Of a stretch of DNA of 44,096 bases, positions 1 to 7,063 are shown piece after piece. The notes beneath the pieces are model-generated. The model did no database searches and was not told the DNA's origin. It saw only the letters and a program-made list of their open reading frames with translations. The position numbers were made by a program, and so were the translations under genes. Source of the DNA: Candidatus Eisenbergiella stercorigallinarum (GTDB lineage Bacteria > Bacillota > Clostridia > Lachnospirales > Lachnospiraceae); contig DWUW01000015.1 of NCBI GenBank assembly GCA_019120525.1, positions 1 to 44,096 on the forward strand, written 5' to 3'. How positions within the stretch are numbered: the stretch's first letter is position 1; every line of letters starts with the position of its first letter.

Positions 1-106
1 ATCCAGCGCCGTAACGTTCTATGGGACGCCCAAGAAGGTCTATGTGTCCCGCAGCTATTATAAGGCGCTGATCGAAAGACTGGGAGAAAGAAGGAGAAAA
101 TTATGA
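1..106 (+). CDS. 3' end of a LytTR-family DNA-binding protein (partial)
   Basis: Frame from nt 2 reads SSAVTFYGTPKKVYVSRSYYKALIERLGERRRKL*. VSRxY is the typical LytTR C-terminus. The stop overlaps the next start (ATGA). Confidence 0.75.
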   Translation, partial: SSAVTFYGTPKKVYVSRSYYKALIERLGERRRKL

Positions 107-867
107 GAGATCGAAAAAATGTATTCTGGGGCATTCTGTTTCTGCTTGGAGCCTGTGCCGTCATTGCCGGACGGCTCGGCTTTCTGGAAGGGATCGGCTT
201 CTGGTCCATCCTGTTTTCCCTGGTGCTTGCCGCCGTACTGATCCGGGGCATCATCAAACGCAGCTGGAGCATGATCCTGTTTTCCATCGCCTTTCTGTGC
301 ATCGTCAACGACCGGCTCCTGGGAATCGAGAAGCTGACTCCCTGGCCCGTTCTGGGCGCGGCTCTTCTTGGCAACATCGGGCTGAACCTCCTGTTTCCCC
401 ACTGGAGCTGGCGGAATTTTGGCTGGCATAGAAGTAACGGGAAAAATATCCCTGCCGCTTCTGAAGACGTGGAAAACTCCGCTTCCGGGGATGCGGGGAA
501 TTCCGAATACGAGATCCAAACCGGCGACGACGGCGCGGAAAGCATCCGATGCGAGGTCAATTTCCACTCCTGTGTAAAATACCTGCAAAGCTCCGCCCTG
601 CAGCATGTACGTCTGGAAAATTCCTTCGGTTCCTTCGTCGTATATTTCACCGACTGCGCGCTGTGGCAGCACAGGGGAGCTGTCAATGTTGGGGTAGCCT
701 TCGGCACGACCGAGCTGTATATCCCCGCTTCCTGGCATGTGGTCTGCAATGTTTCCTCCACCTTCGGAGGCGTGAACGAGCATGGCCGCCCGGCGCTGTC
801 TTCCGAGGAGGTGCTGACCATCACCGGAGACGTATCCTTCGGGTCGCTGGAGATTCATTATATCTGA
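103..867 (+). CDS. LiaF/DUF2154-like membrane protein
   Basis: About four N-terminal hydrophobic helices (FWGILFLL..., WPVLGAALL) and a C-terminal beta-rich domain with repeated (S/A/T)FG motifs ending FGSLEIHYI. Confidence 0.75.
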   Translation: MRDRKNVFWGILFLLGACAVIAGRLGFLEGIGFWSILFSLVLAAVLIRGIIKRSWSMILFSIAFLCIVNDRLLGIEKLTPWPVLGAALLGNIGLNLLFPHWSWRNFGWHRSNGKNIPAASEDVENSASGDAGNSEYEIQTGDDGAESIRCEVNFHSCVKYLQSSALQHVRLENSFGSFVVYFTDCALWQHRGAVNVGVAFGTTELYIPASWHVVCNVSSTFGGVNEHGRPALSSEEVLTITGDVSFGSLEIHYI

Positions 868-982
868 GCCATCCTTCTTACATTTCCCTCCCCTTTCCTG
901 CTCCGCCGCAGGGGCGCGGTTCTTTTCACAGAAGCGGAAACGGATGCCCAGGACAATGGGAACCCGTTTCCGCTTCTCAGGC

Positions 983-1009
983 TTTACTTAAACTTTACAT
1001 ATCTTTTAA
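983..1009 (+). promoter_or_regulatory. Pho-box-like direct repeats upstream of sigI
   Basis: TTTAC (983), TTTACA (994) and TTTAA (1005) at 11-nt period. The 15-mer TTTACATATCTTTTA recurs exactly at 6942. Confidence 0.5.
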
Positions 1010-1065
1010 CTATTTTACGTTTTATTTGCATTTCTTTCCCTTTATACTTTTAAATTGGGATGATA

Positions 1066-1093
1066 ACCCCGTTTTTTTTTAAATCAGTCCGTA
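1066..1093 (+). promoter_or_regulatory. Putative SigI-dependent promoter (autoregulatory)
   Basis: ACCCC-N19-CGTA, resembling the SigI consensus (C-tract/-35, CGWA/-10). The same architecture occurs at 4310-4337. Confidence 0.6.
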
Positions 1094-1124
1094 TTCTATC
1101 AATATATAAAGGGGGAGACTCTGC

Positions 1125-1847
1125 GTGAATGAGGAAAATACCATTATCCAACAGGTATACGCGGCCAAAACGGATAATCAGGAAGCCGACCGTCTGATCG
1201 GGGCATATATGCCTTTTATCAAAGCGGAAACGGCAAAATTTCTGAAGCGTCCGCCTGCCTCGCAGGATGACGAACTGAGCATTGCGATGATCGCTTTTCA
1301 CGAAGCCATTCAGGGGTATTCCCGCATGCGGGGAGCCTTTCTGAAATATGCTTCCATGCTCATCAGAAGCCGTCTGATCGACTATCACAGACGGGAGCGC
1401 CGGCACGGAAGCCTGGTTTCTCTGGATACTCCGGCGGATGAGGACGACGTCCCTCTGGTGGATACGCTGACGGATGCCCGGGATCACGGCGAAGAGGTTT
1501 CGATGCGGGACGCTACCCGGGATGAAATTGAGGAGCTGAGCCGGCAGATGGACGCGTTCGGCGTAAAGCTTTCCGATGTGGCGGATAACTGTCCCAGACA
1601 GCAGCGCACGCTTGAGGCATGCCGGAAAGCCCTCCGGTACGCGGTACATACCGACGGACTGCTGGACGAATTTCTCCAAAGCAGACGGCTTCCCATCGCC
1701 AGGCTTTCCTCCGGAAGCGGCGTGGAGAAAAAAACACTGGAACGGCACCGAAAATATATGGTTGCCCTCATGCTGATCTACACCAACGGATATGAGATCA
1801 TCCGCGGACATATCAAACAGGTCATGAAAGGAGGTGCGGCACAATGA
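1125..1847 (+). CDS. sigI: RNA polymerase sigma-I factor
   Basis: Motifs YMPFIKA, DDELSIAMIAFHEAI, FLKYASMLIRSRLIDY and KKTLERHRKY. GTG start with GGGGAG RBS. Confidence 0.92.
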   Translation: MNEENTIIQQVYAAKTDNQEADRLIGAYMPFIKAETAKFLKRPPASQDDELSIAMIAFHEAIQGYSRMRGAFLKYASMLIRSRLIDYHRRERRHGSLVSLDTPADEDDVPLVDTLTDARDHGEEVSMRDATRDEIEELSRQMDAFGVKLSDVADNCPRQQRTLEACRKALRYAVHTDGLLDEFLQSRRLPIARLSSGSGVEKKTLERHRKYMVALMLIYTNGYEIIRGHIKQVMKGGAAQ

Positions 1848-2782
1848 AATACATGGTAATGGAATGTCATACCGGCTATGCGGTTCTTCTGGATGAGGAG
1901 GGCCGGTTCTGGAAAGCGGCCGATCTCCACTATGAAGTGGGCCAGACCGTAGAAAATCCCGTGCTGATGAAACAGCCGCAGCCCTCCGGCAGACGCCGTA
2001 TCACCCGTCTGATGAGCAGCGCCATCGCCGCGGCCGCAGCCTGCCTGTTCCTGTTTTTCGGCTTCGGCTATTACCAGAATTATCTCCGCGTCTATTCCTC
2101 CATTTACCTCTCCATCAATCCCGAGGTACTGATGGATCTGAACCGGTACGGGAATGTGGTCAGGCTGACCGGGACGAACGAGGACGGCGTAAGGCTTCTG
2201 GAAGGCTACAGCGGCAGAGGAAAGGATAAGCTGACGGTCGCCGACGAGCTCATCGACCGCGCGATCGAGATGGGCTTTCTCTCCGAAGGCGGCCAGGTCT
2301 CCTTTTTCATTGATTCCCCGGAGGAGGCCCTGTTCCAGGAATACGGCACGGAGCTGAGAACGGAAATCAGCGGACATCTGGACGGCAGGATCACCATCAC
2401 TGTGGAAATCATGAATTATCAGGACGCGCCGGCTGACGATATGGAAGACGATTATGACGATACCGACTATGGGCCGGAAAATGATGGCGTCACCGATTAT
2501 CAGACTCCCGAAGCGGCTCCAGCCCCGGCTCCGCAAGCTCCGGCCCCGGTTCCGTCGGCTCCCGTCCCGTCCGTTCCCGCAGCCCCCGCCGCGGAAAGCA
2601 TCCCGCCGGATCATACCGATGGGGATACGGACTATGAACCCGAAAACGCCGCAGCTCCGTTTTCCGATGACGATGCGGGCGAAGGCAGAGATTCTGATGA
2701 TGACGATGACGACGCGGATGACGACGATGATAATGGAAACGATGATGATAACGACAGTGACGATGACGACGGTGACGACTGA
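1844..2782 (+). CDS. rsgI: Anti-sigma-I factor RsgI-like protein
   Basis: N-terminal RsgI_N domain (YAVLLDEEGRF...YEVGQ), one TM helix, periplasmic domain with SINP, Pro/Ala linker and Asp-rich tail. ATGA overlap with sigI. Confidence 0.88.
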   Translation: MKYMVMECHTGYAVLLDEEGRFWKAADLHYEVGQTVENPVLMKQPQPSGRRRITRLMSSAIAAAAACLFLFFGFGYYQNYLRVYSSIYLSINPEVLMDLNRYGNVVRLTGTNEDGVRLLEGYSGRGKDKLTVADELIDRAIEMGFLSEGGQVSFFIDSPEEALFQEYGTELRTEISGHLDGRITITVEIMNYQDAPADDMEDDYDDTDYGPENDGVTDYQTPEAAPAPAPQAPAPVPSAPVPSVPAAPAAESIPPDHTDGDTDYEPENAAAPFSDDDAGEGRDSDDDDDDADDDDDNGNDDDNDSDDDDGDD

Positions 2783-2813
2783 CAACGGCGATGCCGCAAC
2801 TCCCGTTATCGCA

Positions 2814-2874
2814 GTGCCGAACTGAAGGTTCGGCACGCGTGCCTCAGCGTAAAACGCTTCGGCATGGAGGTAAG
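2814..2874 (+). repeat. Modular hairpin repeat (modules D+A) supplying the RBS of the CotH gene
   Basis: GTGCCGAACTGAAGGTTCGGCAC...CCTCAGCGTAAAACGCTTCGGCATGGAGGTAA is nearly identical to the reverse complement of 38119-38177. Confidence 0.85.
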
Positions 2875-4293
2875 ATGATAAAGAGTAAATATATCAATAT
2901 AATCTGCATCGGTGCGGCAGCGCTTGCCGCCCTCCTCACCCTGCTTCTGATGATCCTTTCGGGAGCGGCGCAGAAGCTTCAGCCAGCCGGCTCCTTCAGT
3001 TCTTCCCCCAAATATGCCGGCCGGCTCTTCGATCCGGACCGTGTCCACACCATTGATATCCGGATCGGGGACTGGGCGGGCTTTCTGCAGAATGCCGGAA
3101 AAGAGGAATACGTTTCCTGCACCCTCGTCATCGACGGGGAAGAGTTCAGTCAGGTGGGCCTGAGGGCCAAGGGAAACAACTCCCTGCGCCTGACCCGGGA
3201 ATACGGGCTGTCCCGCTACAGCCTCAAAGCCGAATTCGATCATTTTCTGGACGGCGGGAATTACTACGGCCTGGACAAGCTTTCCCTGGACGCTTCCTTT
3301 CAGGATAACAGCTATATGAAAACCTTCCTTGTCTACGATATGATGGCCTTCATGAATGTTCCCGCGCCGCTTTGCAGCTACGTTCAGGTAACGGTAAACG
3401 GCGAACCCTGGGGACTGTTTCTGGCCATAGAGGAGCCGGAGGAAGCCTTTGTACAGCGCTGCTTCGGCAGTCTGGACGGCAATCTGTACAAGCCGGACTA
3501 CCGTTCCCTGAACGCGGAGAATAGAGACCTTGCGCTTCAATATATCGACGACGATCCGGACAGCTATCCGAATCTTTTCGACAACGCGAAGCTTCCCTCC
3601 TCGGCTGCGGACAGGAAACGCCTGATCCGCGCCCTGAAAACACTTTCCACCGGTGAAAATCTGGAAACGGCGGTTCATGTGGATGAGGTGCTCAGGTATT
3701 TTACGGTTCAGGTTTTCGTTATGAACCAGGACAGCTATCTCGGCCACACCGGTCACAATTATTACCTTTATGAAAAAGACGGCGTTATGAGCATCCTTCC
3801 CTGGGACTATAACCTTGCCTTCGGCACCTATGCGCTTGGAATGACGGACCCGATCCGTGATCCGAACGTGCTGATCAACTATCCCATCAACACGCCGGCA
3901 GAGGGCGAGGTCATGCTGAACCGCCCTCTGTACCATAACCTGATGAAACAGGACAAATATTTCGCCCGCTATCATGCGTATTTCGACACGCTCCTTTCCG
4001 ACTACTTTGAAAACGGACGGTTTGAGTCCACGCTTCGCAGAACAGAGCGGCTGATCGCCCCTTATGTACAGAACGATCCCACCGCCTTCTGCTCCTATGC
4101 GGATCATCAGCTCGCCGTGGATACCCTGGAAGAGATCTGCCTGCTCCGGGCCAAAAGCATCCGCGGCCAGCTGGAAGGAACCATTCCCGCCACCATCCGC
4201 GGCCAACAGGAGCAGCCGGCGTCCAGGGTGGACGCTTCTCACATACGGATTGCCGATCTGGGAGATTTTGACGATCTGGAAAAAAATTTTTGA
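2875..4293 (+). CDS. CotH kinase family protein (N-terminal membrane anchor)
   Basis: Motifs VGLRAKGNNS, RYSLK, GNLYKP, DSYLG.TGHNYYLY and ILPWDYNLAFG. ATG at 2875 follows GGAGGT. Confidence 0.9.
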   Translation: MIKSKYINIICIGAAALAALLTLLLMILSGAAQKLQPAGSFSSSPKYAGRLFDPDRVHTIDIRIGDWAGFLQNAGKEEYVSCTLVIDGEEFSQVGLRAKGNNSLRLTREYGLSRYSLKAEFDHFLDGGNYYGLDKLSLDASFQDNSYMKTFLVYDMMAFMNVPAPLCSYVQVTVNGEPWGLFLAIEEPEEAFVQRCFGSLDGNLYKPDYRSLNAENRDLALQYIDDDPDSYPNLFDNAKLPSSAADRKRLIRALKTLSTGENLETAVHVDEVLRYFTVQVFVMNQDSYLGHTGHNYYLYEKDGVMSILPWDYNLAFGTYALGMTDPIRDPNVLINYPINTPAEGEVMLNRPLYHNLMKQDKYFARYHAYFDTLLSDYFENGRFESTLRRTERLIAPYVQNDPTAFCSYADHQLAVDTLEEICLLRAKSIRGQLEGTIPATIRGQQEQPASRVDASHIRIADLGDFDDLEKNF

Positions 4294-4309
4294 AAAAATT
4301 TTCCGCATC

Positions 4310-4337
4310 ACCCCTTTTTTTCAAAATCCCCTGCGTA
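4310..4337 (+). promoter_or_regulatory. Putative SigI-dependent promoter of the lipoprotein-VTC-DUF4956 unit
   Basis: ACCCC-TTTTTTTCAAAATCCCCTG-CGTA has a 19-nt spacer with a T-tract then A-tract, the same as at 1066-1093. Confidence 0.6.
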
Positions 4338-4408
4338 ATCTGTCCATGTAAGATGAAAAATGGTAATTCACACCAGAAATTATTTAAAAATGAAAGAGAG
4401 GTATCACT

Positions 4409-5440
4409 ATGAAAATGAGAAGAAATTTACTTGCTGCGGTATCTTCCCTGGCTGTTATGTCGGCAGCCCTTCTGACCGGCTGCGGCGCTCCCGCTGATGA
4501 AGGAACGGCGATTCGGGACACGGGCTTTCTCACGCTGAGCGTCAATCCGGAGATCCGGATCGAATATGATGACGAAGGCAGAGTGATCGACCTTACCGGC
4601 CAGAACGACGACGGCAAAACGATCGTCGCATCCTATCGGGATTATATCGGAAAGGAATGCGACGACGTTTTAAACGACCTGATCGTAAAAATCAATGAGG
4701 CCGGTTACTTTGTCGAAGACATAGACGGCGGCAGAAAGAACATTGTCATTCAGCTGGAGCCCGGCTCCGTTGTTCCCAGCAGCACATTTCTTGAGGAAGT
4801 GACCGCAAGCACTCAGAACGCGGTGAAGAACCTGCATCTCTCCTCCGGCATTGTGACCATTGACGATGACGACTATGACCCGGACTATGCCAGAAACGGT
4901 TCTCCTTCTCCCTACATCACTCTGGAAAAGGCTAAGGAAATCGCCCTTTCCCACGCAGGCGTAAACGCGGCAGACGCCGTTTTTGACGACAGGGAATTTG
5001 ACCACGACGACGGAACCGCCGTTTTTGAGCTGGAATTTACCGCCGGCGGCGTGGAATATGAATACGACGTGGACGCCGTGCACGGGACCATCCTTCAGGC
5101 GGAAGGCGGCGCCTCCGGAAGCGGCTACGGCGATACGGACTACGGCCCCAACAACGATGGCGTCACCGATTACAACGACACCGACTACGGCCCTAACAAT
5201 GACGGCGTCACCGATTACAACGACACCGATTACGGTCCCAACAACGACGGTGTCACCGACTATAATGACACCGACTATGGCCCCAACAACGACGGCGTTA
5301 CCGACTACGATGACACCGACTACGGCCCCAATAATGACGGCGTCACCGATTACGACGACTGGCACGAAGAACTCACCGACGACTGGGACGACGATGACTG
5401 GGATGACGACGACGATGATGACGACGATGACGACGACTGA
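4409..5440 (+). CDS. Lipoprotein with RsgI-like periplasmic domain, PepSY domain and acidic tandem repeats
   Basis: Lipobox LLTG-C25. LTLSVNPEI aligns with RsgI IYLSINPEV. PepSY motif ITLEKAKEIAL...YEYDVDAVHGTIL. Five DTDYGPNNDGVTDY(N/D) repeats and a poly-Asp end. Confidence 0.85.
   Translation: MKMRRNLLAAVSSLAVMSAALLTGCGAPADEGTAIRDTGFLTLSVNPEIRIEYDDEGRVIDLTGQNDDGKTIVASYRDYIGKECDDVLNDLIVKINEAGYFVEDIDGGRKNIVIQLEPGSVVPSSTFLEEVTASTQNAVKNLHLSSGIVTIDDDDYDPDYARNGSPSPYITLEKAKEIALSHAGVNAADAVFDDREFDHDDGTAVFELEFTAGGVEYEYDVDAVHGTILQAEGGASGSGYGDTDYGPNNDGVTDYNDTDYGPNNDGVTDYNDTDYGPNNDGVTDYNDTDYGPNNDGVTDYDDTDYGPNNDGVTDYDDWHEELTDDWDDDDWDDDDDDDDDDDD
5132..5356 (+). repeat. Five tandem 45-bp coding repeats
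   Basis: Unit encodes DTDYGPNNDGVTDY(N/D). Copies differ mainly at synonymous third positions. Confidence 0.95.
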
Positions 5441-5459
5441 GGTTCCTGCTTTTCAGGCC

Positions 5460-6128
5460 ATGCGCCACGAATCCAAGCACCAGATCAGCCTTCGGGAGGA
5501 TCTGGTGCTCTCCGGGAGGCTGCGCAGGCTCTTTTCCCATGACAGCTATGCGGGAGAAGACGGGAGTTACCGGGTCACCAGCCTGTACTTCGACACGCCC
5601 GATGACAGCGCGCTGCGGGAAAAGCTGGACGGAATCGGGAAACGGGAAAAATTCCGGCTCCGATATTACGGAGCATCCCCTTCCTTCATCAGGCTGGAGA
5701 AAAAATTCAAGATCAACGGCCTGTGCGGAAAAAGAAGCGTAAAGATGACGACAGAGCAGGCACAGAAGCTGCTTTGCGGAGAATACGGTTTTCTTCTGGA
5801 ATCGGGAGACCCTCTCTGTGCGGAATTCTACAGCAAACTCATGGGAAAATGCCTGCGGCCCAGAACCATTGTCCGCTATGACAGAGAAGCCTTTGTCTAT
5901 GAGCCGGGAAACGTCCGGATCACGCTGGACCGCAGCATACGCACCGGCCTCGGAAGCACGGATTTTCTGAACGAAAAGCTTTTCTGCGCGCCGGTTCTGG
6001 GGCAGGGCACGGTTCTGGAAGTCAAATATGACGCGTTTCTTCCGGATCTGGTCCGCATGGCCGTACAGATCCCGGGCCGGCAGGCAGTCTCCTGCTCCAA
6101 ATATGCCCTCTGCAGGCGGTTTGACTGA
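5460..6128 (+). CDS. VTC (polyphosphate polymerase, CYTH-like) domain protein
   Basis: Motifs RHExK, YxVxSLYFDT, REKFRLRYY, LEKK, YDREAF, RITLD, VLEVKY and SKY. Start uncertain (an in-frame ATG also lies at 5427). Confidence 0.88.
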   Translation: MRHESKHQISLREDLVLSGRLRRLFSHDSYAGEDGSYRVTSLYFDTPDDSALREKLDGIGKREKFRLRYYGASPSFIRLEKKFKINGLCGKRSVKMTTEQAQKLLCGEYGFLLESGDPLCAEFYSKLMGKCLRPRTIVRYDREAFVYEPGNVRITLDRSIRTGLGSTDFLNEKLFCAPVLGQGTVLEVKYDAFLPDLVRMAVQIPGRQAVSCSKYALCRRFD

Positions 6129-6204
6129 CCGTTGCCGTTCACCCAAAGACTGGACGGTAACGGCATCCGCCCCCTGAACGCTTGAAAAAAGGATGGTAAA
6201 CGGC

Positions 6205-6876
6205 ATGACTTTTCAGGATATTTTCAAATCAGACTTTCTGGAGAACATAAACAGCATTTCCATGTTCGACATGGTAGTCGCCCTCGCGCTTGCGTTTCTG
6301 CTGGGACTGTTCATTTTTTTCATTTATAAAAACAGCTACAGCGGCGTCATGTATTCCGACAGCTTCGGCGTGACGCTGGTCACCCTTTCCCTCATCACCA
6401 CGCTGCTGATCCTGACGGTTGTGAGCAATGTGGTGCTGTCGCTGGGCATGGTTGGCGCCCTGTCCATCGTTCGTTTCCGGACGGCCATCAAAGAGCCGAT
6501 GGACATTGCCTTCCTGTTCTGGTCCATCGCCGTCGGCATCGTGCTCGCCGCCGGCCTGATCCCCCTGGCGGTATTCGGCAGTATTTTCATCGGCGTTGTG
6601 CTGTACGTGTTTTCCAAAAAGAAAACCGTGGATTCCCCCTATATCCTGATCGTCTACTGCGCGGACGGCGATACGGAAAAACTGGTCCGCAGCTTTACGG
6701 CCTCCCAGGTCAGAAGGATGAATCTGAAAAGCAAAAGCCTGGAGAACGGCTTCGTGGAACTCAATTATGAGGTCCGGCTGAAAAATGACGACAGCTCCTT
6801 TGTGAATGAGCTCGACGCCATGGAGGGCGTCAGCCGGGTGACCCTCGTTTCCTACAACGGAGACTATATGGGATAG
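6205..6876 (+). CDS. DUF4956 family membrane protein
   Basis: Signature SLGMVGALSIVRFRTAIKEPMD, multiple TM helices and a C-terminal ACT-like region. Typical partner of VTC-domain genes. Alternative start at 6193. Confidence 0.88.
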   Translation: MTFQDIFKSDFLENINSISMFDMVVALALAFLLGLFIFFIYKNSYSGVMYSDSFGVTLVTLSLITTLLILTVVSNVVLSLGMVGALSIVRFRTAIKEPMDIAFLFWSIAVGIVLAAGLIPLAVFGSIFIGVVLYVFSKKKTVDSPYILIVYCADGDTEKLVRSFTASQVRRMNLKSKSLENGFVELNYEVRLKNDDSSFVNELDAMEGVSRVTLVSYNGDYMG

Positions 6877-6941
6877 CATGCGGGAAAAGGAAGCCCGCAT
6901 GCCTGTTCCGAATATGGTTTGTCCGTAACAGGTACACAGTT

Positions 6942-6958
6942 TTTACATATCTTTTACG
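6942..6958 (+). promoter_or_regulatory. Pho-box-like direct repeat upstream of phosphatase-like gene
   Basis: TTTACA-TATCT-TTTACG at 11-nt period. Confidence 0.55.
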
Positions 6959-7063
6959 AAAATCCTCTGTTTGCATCCGCCCCGAAACAGATACAATAAA
7001 TCAGACCGCTGCGCCTGCAGATACGGACAGGCGAGGCCAAAGTATACAGGAGGATAAAAGTTT

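Noticed and set aside
5132-5356. 45-bp repeats as a CRISPR array
   Set aside because: No unique spacers. The repeats are in frame and vary at synonymous positions, so they are a protein repeat.
4983-5459. Thr-rich N-terminal extension of the VTC ORF
   Set aside because: It is the alternative-frame reading of the Asp-rich lipoprotein repeats. VTC homology begins at RHE.
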